NCBI GenBank assembly: GCA_036012755.1
Contig: DASCPX010000027.1
Coordinates: forward strand, 1 to 64,000
Source: Myxococcota bacterium
GTDB taxonomy: Bacteria > Myxococcota_A > UBA796 > CAJQPC01
DNA: 64,000 nucleotides
Direction of reading: 5' to 3'
The notes below the pieces were generated by a model. The model saw nothing but the letters and a program-made list of their open reading frames with translations, was not told the DNA's origin and did no database searches. Shown here piece after piece: positions 17,791-25,743 of the stretch (positions are counted from its first letter, which is position 1; every line of letters starts with the position of its first letter). A program made the position numbers and the translations under genes.

Positions 17791-20058
17791 TCATGGGTCC
17801 GGATCGGGGACGGCTACGTGGACGAAGTCGCCACCCTCCGGGAAGATCGGTCCCTCGTCATAGAGGAGGTGGTAGGTCTGCCACGTGCGACTGACACGCT
17901 TGATGTAGCGGCGCGTCTCCCGGTACGGAACCGACTCGATCCACTCGTCCGTCGGCAGGTTGCCGAAGCGATCGAGCCACTTCTTCACGTTGCCTTCGCC
18001 CGCGTTGTAGCCAGCCATCGAGAGGTAGCTGTTGCCCCGATAGCGCTGGCTCAGCGACTCGAAGTACCGGCTGCCGATGCGGAGGTTCGTGTAGGGGTCG
18101 TGGAGCTGCTGCTGCGACACCGAGAAGCCCAGCCAGCGCGCGACGGAGCGTGCCGTTCCGGGCATCAGCTGGCTCAGTCCTCGCGCCCCCGCGTGGCTGA
18201 CTATGTCCTTGTTGAAGTTGCTCTCCTCCCGCACCAGCGCGTGGAAGACGCGAGGGTCGTAGCCGTAGCCGGTGGCCGCTTTCTGCACGAGCTCCCAGTA
18301 CATGTCTGGATAGGCCAGTATCAGCAGCCGATCGCGCTGGGAGCCGAGCTCCTCCGGCGGGTGGATCCTGAGCCAGGTGCGCAGCGCGTCGTGCGCGAGC
18401 AGCCAGTCGTCCGCGGCCCAGCGCTGCTCGATGACGTAGCCGACCTCGCCAGGACTGAGGGCGTCGAGGCCGACGGCGTCGATCTCGACGAGGGCCTCGC
18501 GGTAGAGCCCGAGTCGGAAGAGCTCGACGGCGGCCCCGGTGTGGGGGTCGTCGAGGAACTCCGCTCGCACCTGCCAGCCGTCTCCCGGGTCGATCTCCGG
18601 GCGTTGGGGGATGCGCTCGGGCGCCAGCAGCTCCAGCCGCGCCGACGCCAGCTGGGCATAGAAGCTGAATGGAGCCTCCTCGCAGAGGCTGGCGAAGCCG
18701 TCGATCGCCTCGTCGACCGCAGCCTCGTCCGAGCTGAGCGTCGTGGGGTCGTCCACGTTCGGCCAGGCTCGCCAACGGGCCGCCCAGTAGCGAGCAGCGC
18801 GCAGGTGTTCGGGGTCTGATGCGAAGGGAACCCGGGCCGTCGCCTCTTCGGCCCAGGCGATGGCGCCCGGTGTGTCCCCGGCCAGGTAGGCACCCCACGC
18901 CAGACGCCAGTAGCCCTCGCCTGCGAGGTCGCCGGTCGGCCACCGCTCCACCTGCTCCCCCCACAGCGCCCTGGCTCCCTTTGGATCCCCGGCCTCCTGG
19001 AGGGCGATGCCCGCGAGCGCGAAGCCGTCGTCGGCGTAGCTGTGGTCGGGGTAGAGCTCGCCGACAGCTGAGTAGTGCCGGGCGGCCGATGCCCACGCCT
19101 TTCGACGCTCGTCAGCCTTGCCGGCGAGGTAGAGCGCCTTCGCTCCTCGATCCTCGTCGTGCCCGACGCAAGCCCTCCCCGCCGGGGCGAGGACCTGGGC
19201 GGACTCGGTCAACCGGTTCAGCTTGAACAGCGAGCGCCCGTGGGCGTACCAGTACATGCAGGCTTCGGGGCTGGGCTCGCTGACCTTGGCGCTGTCCTTC
19301 GAGAGCAGATCGACCGCCTGTTGCCACCGGTAGGCTGCCATGAGCTGGTCGCCTCGCAGCGCGATGTCCTGCCAGGTCGGGTACGGTCCGTACTTCTTCA
19401 GGTGAGCCTCGGCCTGGCGGCCCGCGGCGGTGCGTGGATAGGCGGCCCAGAGGCGGCGCTCGTAGGGGTAGCTCGCCTCGGTGCCGAGGCCGGCGAGCTG
19501 CGCCAGGGCCTGAAGGGCGAGGTCACTCCCCTCGGCCGGATCGGGGCGGGCGACGAGAGCCACGTAGGTCTCGCGGGCCTCGGACGTCCGGCCGAGGTCG
19601 TAGAGCGCCTTGGCCCGGACCAGCTGTGCGCGGGGCCACAGGACACTCTGTTCGCCGACGTCGTCGAGCTCCGCCACACCCTCTGCGGCCCTGCCTGCCG
19701 CGACGAGGATCTCGCCGGAGGTCAAGCGGAGGTAGTCGACGGGCACGCCCTCGGGTGGGGTCCGCAGCAGTGGCAGGAGCCCCTCCGCGTCCGCTGCGGC
19801 TCCCGCGTGAACGGTCGACCATGCCAGCAGGAAGGCATGCACCGGAACCTGCTCGCCGCGTAGAGAGGCCATGTCCACCGCCTCCAGGCCAGCCACGGCC
19901 GCGCTGTGCCGACCCTCCCGCAGCGCCTCCAGCAGCGCATCGTCCAAGGGCAACACGAGCCCGAAATCCGCCCCCCCGATCGGGACGGTCGGGCCCTGGT
20001 CGGCGTGCAGTGGTGGCTCCAGCGCGAGGACCACAGAGACCAACAGAGCCCAGAGCAT
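17791..20058 (-). CDS. slt: Soluble lytic transglycosylase with TPR superhelix (Slt-like)
   Basis: ALVREESNF, SHAGARGLSQLMP, AGYNAGEG, ESVPYRETRRYIKRV. N-terminal TPRs. Confidence 0.88.
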   Translation of the reverse strand: MLWALLVSVVLALEPPLHADQGPTVPIGGADFGLVLPLDDALLEALREGRHSAAVAGLEAVDMASLRGEQVPVHAFLLAWSTVHAGAAADAEGLLPLLRTPPEGVPVDYLRLTSGEILVAAGRAAEGVAELDDVGEQSVLWPRAQLVRAKALYDLGRTSEARETYVALVARPDPAEGSDLALQALAQLAGLGTEASYPYERRLWAAYPRTAAGRQAEAHLKKYGPYPTWQDIALRGDQLMAAYRWQQAVDLLSKDSAKVSEPSPEACMYWYAHGRSLFKLNRLTESAQVLAPAGRACVGHDEDRGAKALYLAGKADERRKAWASAARHYSAVGELYPDHSYADDGFALAGIALQEAGDPKGARALWGEQVERWPTGDLAGEGYWRLAWGAYLAGDTPGAIAWAEEATARVPFASDPEHLRAARYWAARWRAWPNVDDPTTLSSDEAAVDEAIDGFASLCEEAPFSFYAQLASARLELLAPERIPQRPEIDPGDGWQVRAEFLDDPHTGAAVELFRLGLYREALVEIDAVGLDALSPGEVGYVIEQRWAADDWLLAHDALRTWLRIHPPEELGSQRDRLLILAYPDMYWELVQKAATGYGYDPRVFHALVREESNFNKDIVSHAGARGLSQLMPGTARSVARWLGFSVSQQQLHDPYTNLRIGSRYFESLSQRYRGNSYLSMAGYNAGEGNVKKWLDRFGNLPTDEWIESVPYRETRRYIKRVSRTWQTYHLLYDEGPIFPEGGDFVHVAVPDPDP

Positions 20059-20102
20059 CTCGTGCCGGTAACGCACTATGCTTGGAGCCTCAGCGAGGTC
20101 AC

Positions 20103-20864
20103 ATGATTCGCAAGATCGCCGGTCTCCCACTCCGCATATTGAAGAAGCTCATCGGCGCCGCCTCCGGCGGCGAGCGAACCGCCCCGCCTCCGAAGCCGGC
20201 CGCACCGAAGCCGGCCGCGCCGAAGCCGGCCGCGCCGAAGCCGGCCGCGCCGAAGCCGGCCGCGCCGAAGCCGGCCGCGCCGAAGCCGGCCGCGCCCAAG
20301 CCGGCGGCGAAGAAGAAGCCCGCGGCGAAGAAGCCTGCGGCGAAGAAGGCACCGAAGAAGAAGCCTGCGGCGAAGAAGGCACCGAAGAAGAAGCCTGCGG
20401 CGAAGAAGAAGCCCGCGGCGAAGAAGAAGCCCGCGGCGAAGAAGCCTGCGGCGAAGAAACCCGCGGCGAAGAAGGCACCGAAGAAGAAGCCTGCGGCGAA
20501 GAAGGCACCACCGAAGAAGAAGCCTGCGGCGAAGAAGGCACCATCGAAGAAGAAGCCTGCGGCCAAGAAGGCACCACCGAAGAAGAAGCCTGCGGCGAAG
20601 ACGTCCGCCAGGAAGCTCGGGGTCGCCTTCGAGGGCACGCCCAACCCAAACGCGCTGAAGTTCACGCTCAGCGAGACAGTCTTCGCCGCGCCTACCAGCT
20701 TCAGCGGTCAGACCGATGACCCGCTCGGAAAGGCCCTGCTCGCCCTCGAGGGCGTCGTCTCGGTCTTCGCGGTGAACGACTTCGTCACGGTCACGAAGGA
20801 GAATGCGGCCGTCTGGGGAAGCCTCACAGAGCCGGTCATAGACGTGATCCAGTCCACCCTGTGA
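20103..20864 (+). CDS. Lys/Ala/Pro-repeat (histone H1-like) protein with C-terminal NifU/Nfu N-terminal domain
   Basis: (PKPAA)8 and KKPAAKK repeats, then EGTPNPNALKF...PLGKALLALEGVVSVF..NDFVTVTK...W. Confidence 0.8.
   Translation: MIRKIAGLPLRILKKLIGAASGGERTAPPPKPAAPKPAAPKPAAPKPAAPKPAAPKPAAPKPAAPKPAAKKKPAAKKPAAKKAPKKKPAAKKAPKKKPAAKKKPAAKKKPAAKKPAAKKPAAKKAPKKKPAAKKAPPKKKPAAKKAPSKKKPAAKKAPPKKKPAAKTSARKLGVAFEGTPNPNALKFTLSETVFAAPTSFSGQTDDPLGKALLALEGVVSVFAVNDFVTVTKENAAVWGSLTEPVIDVIQSTL
20190..20600 (+). repeat. Coding tandem repeats: 8 x 15-bp CCGAAGCCGGCCGCG (20190-20309), then degenerate AAGAAGCC(T/C)GCGGCG units
   Basis: Read directly from the sequence. Confidence 0.92.
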
Positions 20865-21532
20865 AGCGGGCGCTGGCCGCGGTGGTGGTCTTGGCACTCC
20901 TCGCCGTCTCGGCCTGGTGGTTTGGACCCCGGCGCGCCAAGCCCTACGTGGAGCACACCGTCGTCGCCGGAGACACCCTGTCCAAGCTCGCGAAGCGATA
21001 CGACGTGACGGTGGCGGAACTCCGCGAGTGGAACGGCATCGAGGGCGATCTCATCCAGGTCGACCAGGTGTTGCGGGTCAACATCGAGCCCCCCGAGCAG
21101 CTGGCCGAGGTCGCCACACCAGCGGCGAGCAGACGCAGGCGGTCCACCTCGTCGGAGGGGACGCCCAAACGAGATCACGGGCTGTCGATGCCCGGCCCGG
21201 AGACCTGCGTGAAGCTCGACACCGCGATCGGAGAGCAGGGCATGGTCGCCTCCGCGGGCTTGGACCACGAGCAGGTGAAGGGCGCGCTGGACGTCATCCT
21301 CCCCCACGCCCTGGGCTGCGAACCAGACGATGGGGTCAGCTCGTTGTCGATGAACTTCGAGATCCTGGTGGGATGCGACGGTCTCGTGGACGATGTCGAC
21401 GTGCTCGACGGTGACATGGCCAGCGAGAGCTACCTCGCCTGTGTCGTCGATGTCCTCGAGTACGCGGACTTCCCAGCGCACGACCTCCCGGACGGCATGC
21501 GCTTCACCTACCCCGTGACGGCGAACTGGTGA
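20861..21532 (+). CDS. Membrane-anchored LysM protein with C-terminal AgmX/PglI-like (TonB-C-like) domain
   Basis: HTVVAGDTLSKLAKRYDVTVAELREWNGI...IQVDQVLRV (LysM). C-terminus ALGC...GLVDDV...LACVVDVL..ADFP...FTYPV. Confidence 0.8.
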   Translation: MKRALAAVVVLALLAVSAWWFGPRRAKPYVEHTVVAGDTLSKLAKRYDVTVAELREWNGIEGDLIQVDQVLRVNIEPPEQLAEVATPAASRRRRSTSSEGTPKRDHGLSMPGPETCVKLDTAIGEQGMVASAGLDHEQVKGALDVILPHALGCEPDDGVSSLSMNFEILVGCDGLVDDVDVLDGDMASESYLACVVDVLEYADFPAHDLPDGMRFTYPVTANW

Positions 21533-21533
21533 C

Positions 21534-23408
21534 GTGCCCGGCCTGAGCGAGCTGCGCGCGGCGCTGCGGAGGGTGCCCTTCGCCGTGTGGGCGGGCATCT
21601 GGTCGCTGGCGCTGACGCTCGTGTTGGTGTGGCCGGCGCCGCTGCACATGAGCGAGGTCATCCTCGGCAGCGAGTACGGCGACGGCATGAAGCACGTGTG
21701 GACGCTCTGGTGGATCCGAACGGAGCTCCTCCAGGAGCACTCCATGCCGATGTACACCAAGCTCCTGAACTACCCGGTCGGGATGGACCTGTACCCGATC
21801 GAGCCCCTCAACGGCTTGTTCGTCACCTTGATCGGATGGGTCGACATCGTGACGGCGGCGAACCTCGCTGCGCTCCTGAACCTGACCCTCACGGGCTTCG
21901 TCGGCGCGCTCTTCGGACGCGCCCTGTCCGGGACTCGTTGGGGAGGGATGGCCGCTGGCACGATGTTCCAGGGCAGCGCCTTCGCCGCCTTCACCATCCA
22001 CGTGGGCGTGGGTGAGCTCCAGCACCTGTGGTTCCTGCCGCTCGGGATGTGGATGTGGCTGCGCCTCCGCCGGAGTTTCCGATGGCGGGACGCCGTGATC
22101 CTCGGCCTGACCTTGGCGGCCGCGACCTTGTCGTGCTTCTACCTGGGCTTCTTCCTCGCGCTGACCGTCTCGGTGATGAGCCTCACGACCATCGACGCGT
22201 CGCGCCATACCCCGAAGCTCCTGGGCACGTACGCCCTGGCCGCGGCGCTGGCGCTGGCGCTGATCCTGCCGATCACCAGGACCTTCGCCGACTCCTACAA
22301 GGCTGGGGACCCTCCTACGGTGAGCCTGACCGAGTGGGTCCTGGGTGAACACGGCCAGCCGATCACGGATCCGCCGAGGGCCCGACTCGAGCCCCAGGAG
22401 CTCGTGGTGCCCAGGCGCGCGGCCCGTGAAGGAGCGGCGGAGCAGGTCGTTGGCTACGGCGGCGGACGCTACCTGGGCCCTGTCGCGCTGTTGATCCTGC
22501 TCGCCGCCTTGGTCCTTGCTCCCAGGAAGGTCACCCCCTGGCTCCTTGTGGCGCTCGTCGGCGTCACCTTCGCCGGGGGCAGCCTGTTCGCGCTCGACGG
22601 CCACAACGTCGCGCTGGAGAGCGGGCAGCGGATCCGCTTGCCCTTCTTCCACCTGAACCGCCTCCTCGGCTATGTCGGGGAGCCGATCAACTTCCCGATC
22701 CGGTTCCTCTCGATGACGGTGTTGGCCCTCAGCGCGGCGGCAGCTGTCCTCGCAGGTCGACTGTCCCGACACCGCTGGCTGGTCTGGGCTGCGACCATCC
22801 TGGTCACGGGCGACGTCGCCTACAACCGCCTCAACGGCCCCCCCCTGGCGACCTTCGAGCCCGATCCATACCCGGAGCTCGCCGAGCTGGCCGACGGCCC
22901 GCTGATCGACCTGGCGGTGACTTTCAGGCCAGACACGAGGACTCGCAGGGCTAGCCTCTCCGCGCAGATGATCCACGGACAAAACGTGCCGGGCGTGCCC
23001 TTGGAGCGCATCGAGTACTTCGCCCGGGACGGTCACGTCTTCGTGATGGCGACGCCCCTGATGAACGCCCTCCAGAAGACCTACCAGGAGAACGTGCACC
23101 TGGATCTCAAGGGCGTCGAGGCCGTGTTCGCGGAGGACCTCGCCATCCTCTACGACGCCGGCCTCAGGTACTTCCTCGTCCTAGGCATCGGTCCACGGCA
23201 GAATCTCCCCGAGGGTCTCTCGGCGGCGCTCCGCGAGCTCCTCGGCGAGCCTAGCCTGAGCTCGCCGCGCGTCGAGGTCTTCGACATCCCCGACCCCGGG
23301 CTCTCCGAACAGGAGTACGTGCTCTTGCGCGCTATACACGCCCGCCGGGTGGAGACACGGCGACGGATCGACAGGGAGATGGGGCGCCAGCTGCCCGCCC
23401 AACCCTGA
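21534..23408 (+). CDS. Polytopic membrane protein, GT-C/YfhO-like glycosyltransferase candidate
   Basis: About 11 hydrophobic segments, first-loop GDGMKHVWTLWW...LNYPVG motif, soluble C-terminal domain. Confidence 0.6.
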   Translation: MPGLSELRAALRRVPFAVWAGIWSLALTLVLVWPAPLHMSEVILGSEYGDGMKHVWTLWWIRTELLQEHSMPMYTKLLNYPVGMDLYPIEPLNGLFVTLIGWVDIVTAANLAALLNLTLTGFVGALFGRALSGTRWGGMAAGTMFQGSAFAAFTIHVGVGELQHLWFLPLGMWMWLRLRRSFRWRDAVILGLTLAAATLSCFYLGFFLALTVSVMSLTTIDASRHTPKLLGTYALAAALALALILPITRTFADSYKAGDPPTVSLTEWVLGEHGQPITDPPRARLEPQELVVPRRAAREGAAEQVVGYGGGRYLGPVALLILLAALVLAPRKVTPWLLVALVGVTFAGGSLFALDGHNVALESGQRIRLPFFHLNRLLGYVGEPINFPIRFLSMTVLALSAAAAVLAGRLSRHRWLVWAATILVTGDVAYNRLNGPPLATFEPDPYPELAELADGPLIDLAVTFRPDTRTRRASLSAQMIHGQNVPGVPLERIEYFARDGHVFVMATPLMNALQKTYQENVHLDLKGVEAVFAEDLAILYDAGLRYFLVLGIGPRQNLPEGLSAALRELLGEPSLSSPRVEVFDIPDPGLSEQEYVLLRAIHARRVETRRRIDREMGRQLPAQP

Positions 23409-23426
23409 GCTGGATACAGTGGGGCC

Positions 23427-23870
23427 GTGGCCGCCCGCCTCCTCATGGTCTGTACGGGCAACATCTGTCGCTCGCCGATGGCTGCTGGAATCGCACAGGA
23501 CTACGGCTTTCGCCGGATGCGCAACGTCGAGGTCCGCTCGGCTTCGGTCCTCGGACTGGTCGACAAGCCGGCACACAAACACGCGATAAAGGTCATGCTG
23601 GAGCTGGAGATCGACATCAGCGCCCACCGTTCCCAGCCGGTCACCCCAGAGATCGTCGCCTGGGCCGACTACATCCTCGGGATGGAGATCAATCACAGCG
23701 CCACCCTCCGCGAGCGCTACCCCGAGGCCGACGACAAGATCCTGCTGTTGCCGACCTTCGGCGGCCTGGTCGAGATCACGGACCCCCTGGGCGGCTGGCG
23801 CGGACGGTTCCGTCGGTGCCGGGACGACATCCAGCGCTGCACGATGGCCTTCGTGGACCAGCTCGGGTGA
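23427..23870 (+). CDS. Low-molecular-weight protein tyrosine/arginine phosphatase
   Basis: P-loop VCTGNICRSPMA and general-acid ITDP. Confidence 0.92.
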   Translation: MAARLLMVCTGNICRSPMAAGIAQDYGFRRMRNVEVRSASVLGLVDKPAHKHAIKVMLELEIDISAHRSQPVTPEIVAWADYILGMEINHSATLRERYPEADDKILLLPTFGGLVEITDPLGGWRGRFRRCRDDIQRCTMAFVDQLG

Positions 23871-24303
23871 TCCCGCTGCTGCCGGCGCCCCTCGACGTGG
23901 CGCCTGGAGCTCGCGTCCATCGCCGGGCGGTGGCTGCGAGAAGACCGAGCAGGACCAACAGCGAGCTGAGAGGAGTCGCCAGGCCGCAAGTCCACGAGAT
24001 GCCGCCCGGATCAGCGGGGTCGACGGCCTCTACGCAGCCCTCGTCGACCTCACCATCGCAGTCTTCGTCGGCACCCGAACAGAGCTCCTCCGCGTCCGGA
24101 TGGATCTCGGGGTTTCCGTCGGCGCAGTCGTCGCCTCCGACCTCTGCCGCGAGGTAGCCGTCGAGGTCGACGTCCTCGACGTCCTCACCGTCGCAGTCCT
24201 CGTCGATCCCGTTGTAGGGCACGTCGAAGGCATCGGGGTTGATGTCGGGATCGTTGTCGTCGCAGTCCTCTGGGGACTCGTAGCCGTCGCGGTCCGCGCC
24301 CAC
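23776..24303 (-). CDS. Protein with putative metal-binding (MopE-like) repeats and a MYXO-CTERM-like tail; appears N-terminally truncated
   Basis: DCDDNDPDINPDA...NGIDEDCDG repeats. TCGLATPLSSLLVLLGLLAATARR tail. No signal peptide. Confidence 0.7.
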   Translation of the reverse strand: MGADRDGYESPEDCDDNDPDINPDAFDVPYNGIDEDCDGEDVEDVDLDGYLAAEVGGDDCADGNPEIHPDAEELCSGADEDCDGEVDEGCVEAVDPADPGGISWTCGLATPLSSLLVLLGLLAATARRWTRAPGATSRGAGSSGITRAGPRRPSCSAGCRPGTDGTVRASRPGGP

Positions 24304-25743
24304 TCAGAAGCTCCTCTCGACGCCGAGCGTGACGCCGCCCGAAAGATAGCGGAGTCCTCCACCGCCCCGGGCGTCCAGCTTCAGGCGGAAGTCCTCTGGC
24401 AGCGGCCGGGCAACGGAGACCACAAAGAGTGCACCCAGGCGCAGTCCCGGCCCATCCGGGTACACGCCGGAGATGTCCAGGAGCGCGTCGGCCCCAAGCT
24501 CCAGACCGATGGAGGGGTGCTCTCGGGCCAGGCGAGCTCCGAGGCGCAGGGGGATCGTCGCTCGGTACACGAAGTTCTCGTCGTAGCCCGTGGGGAGCGG
24601 GTACCGGCGGCCCCTCCCGCCGAGGGTCAGGGCCACGCGAACGTCCTCGCGGATCGCGTAGCGCAGCCAGATCGAGCCTCCACCGGTGAGGCCGACGAGG
24701 TCGTGGTCCTCGCCCAGGGCCGTCCAGGCCAGGGAGGGCCCTAGACCGAGCAGCCAGGGACCCTCGAGCGGTGTCGAGGTCGATACGATCGGCTCGGGCC
24801 CTTCGACGACCGGCGTCTCGATGGGTGCCTCCACGTCGATGGGGGTGCCGTCGGGCCGAAACAGCAGCACCTCGTCCGGGCGCACGCTGGCGATGACGAC
24901 CTGCTCCCCCAGCAAGCTCGTTGCCCTGACGAGGAGGTCGCTCCCGGGCAGCCCGGCAGCCACGCCCTCGAGCTCCACGACGAGGTCGCTCGGATCGGCA
25001 GGTCCTGCCCAGAGGAGCGTGGGGCGGGCGCCGAGGTCGATACGCGCCGCGGCGACCACCTCTCCGCTCGAGACGACCTGGACGACGTGAGCACCTGGCG
25101 CGACCGGCTTCGGCAGGCGACCGACCGGACTGCCGTCGAGAAGGACCGCGCCGAGCTTCCCACCACCCACCAGGGGCACCGGCTCGACATAGGGACGCAG
25201 CTCGATCAGGGCCTGGATCTCTGGCTCGAGCCCCTGCGGGAGCAGGAGGTCATCGCCGAGGGCGAGCATGGCTCCGACGGCCTTGCGCGCCTGCTCCTCG
25301 TGGAAGTCCGCCGTCGAGCCGTCAGCACCCATCGCCGCGAGCAGGTTGGCCCTGGCGATCCCCAGGTGGAGGCGCTGCAGCGACATTCGGTCGAGGGGCC
25401 CGTCCAAGCAACCCGCCTCGAGCTCCGCCAGGGACAGCGCCGCGAGGGCTCCTTGCACATCGAGCAGCTGGATGCTGGTCTCCGCGCGACCGAGCGACAC
25501 CTCCCACTCCCGCGAGGCGACGACGCCACCACAGAGGATGTCCTCCTCCCGGTCCTCGACCGCGATGAGGTCGATCTCGGCGGACAGCGAACCCGCGGTG
25601 CGCCAGGCGACCTCGGAGACGCCGGTTCCGGACAGGGCCGCCACGACTCGCTCTCGGGCGTCCATGTCCCCTGACGATGGGCCGGCCAGCAGCACGACGG
25701 CGCGCTCGCTGGCGAGGGCAGCACTGAGCAGGACGAAGAACAT
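24304..25743 (-). CDS. Secreted protein with PEGA-like middle and outer-membrane beta-barrel-like C-terminus
   Basis: MFFVLLSAALA signal, VLLDGSPVG...PGAHVVQV, terminal GVTLGVERSF. TGATG coupling to the kinase gene. Confidence 0.65.
   Translation of the reverse strand: MFFVLLSAALASERAVVLLAGPSSGDMDARERVVAALSGTGVSEVAWRTAGSLSAEIDLIAVEDREEDILCGGVVASREWEVSLGRAETSIQLLDVQGALAALSLAELEAGCLDGPLDRMSLQRLHLGIARANLLAAMGADGSTADFHEEQARKAVGAMLALGDDLLLPQGLEPEIQALIELRPYVEPVPLVGGGKLGAVLLDGSPVGRLPKPVAPGAHVVQVVSSGEVVAAARIDLGARPTLLWAGPADPSDLVVELEGVAAGLPGSDLLVRATSLLGEQVVIASVRPDEVLLFRPDGTPIDVEAPIETPVVEGPEPIVSTSTPLEGPWLLGLGPSLAWTALGEDHDLVGLTGGGSIWLRYAIREDVRVALTLGGRGRRYPLPTGYDENFVYRATIPLRLGARLAREHPSIGLELGADALLDISGVYPDGPGLRLGALFVVSVARPLPEDFRLKLDARGGGGLRYLSGGVTLGVERSF

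Noticed and set aside
20099..20665. Minus-strand GFFAAG-repeat 'membrane protein'
   Set aside because: Exact antisense of the KKPAA repeat tract. The plus strand carries the recognisable NifU-N domain.
24301..24306. In-frame TGA as a selenocysteine or programmed read-through site
   Set aside because: The upstream protein ends in a typical beta-barrel terminal Phe, and no SECIS-like hairpin or redox motif is evident.
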